Assembly (NCBI GenBank): GCA_012295275.1
Contig: CM022671.1
Span: 744,001-808,000 of the forward strand
DNA length: 64,000 nt
Direction: 5' to 3'
DNA from: Chrysomallon squamiferum
Taxonomy: Eukaryota; Animalia; Mollusca
The notes beneath the pieces were generated by a model. That model was not told the DNA's origin. It did no database searches and worked only from the letters and a program-made list of their open reading frames with translations. A program made the translations under genes and the position numbers. This document shows positions 63,611-64,000 of this stretch, one piece after another (the first letter of the stretch is position 1; the number at the start of each line of letters is the position of its first letter).

Positions 63611-64000
63611 CTCATAATCCCACTTGGAATGGTTTGAATTTCATGTCATTGTGTATTAATTGTTGGGGTCTTATTTAGTAGCAGTAATCATCATAGTTGA
63701 AAACCAGGCCATTTACTTCAGTATTTGTGTATAACTCACTCAATCTCAGTTTTTGCAGCATATTTTTAGCATGGCAAGCACATTCACAATGTGGTTCTGG
63801 CCATATTAATAAAAACACTAACATTTTACATTATTACAGACACATACATTCGTTGTTTTGGGACTGATACTTCACTGATTGTGTGGCTTATAGTCCAGGA
63901 TGACAGTCATGGTACAGTTAACATTTTGAACATATAAAGGCTCCCTACTGTTAGAAGTTGTAATGACATATTGTGCTAAAAGTCCTTCAGCACTAAATAT

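Noticed and set aside
1-64000. tRNA, rRNA or snoRNA genes
   Set aside because: I recognised no cloverleaf, rRNA segment or convincing C/D or H/ACA box pair by eye; a covariance-model scan (Infernal/Rfam, tRNAscan-SE) would be needed to exclude them.

Overview
AT-rich, intron-containing animal genomic DNA. The degenerate SINE copies suggest a mollusc, probably a gastropod (inference). I reconstructed three spliced protein-coding genes by reading GT-AG junctions and checking exon phase. (1) Rabenosyn-5 (RBSN/ZFYVE20), minus strand, 9 coding exons, 5144->427, 497 aa. (2) A MICOS subunit MIC19/MIC25 (CHCHD3/6) homologue, plus strand, 7 coding exons, 6291->10233, 166 aa, head-to-head with RBSN. 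(3) The Rab-GAP TBC1D30, plus strand, 10 coding exons, 15418->62107, 1107 aa, with a candidate internal alternative first exon at 40829-40925. The TBC1D30 introns hold several large minisatellite arrays (57, 38, 60-68, 18 and 31 bp units), many microsatellites and old SINE remnants. A Tigger/pogo-like non-autonomous DNA element lies between CHCHD3 and TBC1D30. Most ORFs in the supplied track are repeat artefacts. I found no CRISPR array, RNA gene or clearly new multi-gene system. The best leads are the alternative TBC1D30 start with RFX X-box motifs, overlapping uORFs at all four start codons, a coding-exon fragment copied downstream between direct repeats, and minisatellites abutting splice sites. 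Family assignments come from recalled motifs, not database searches.
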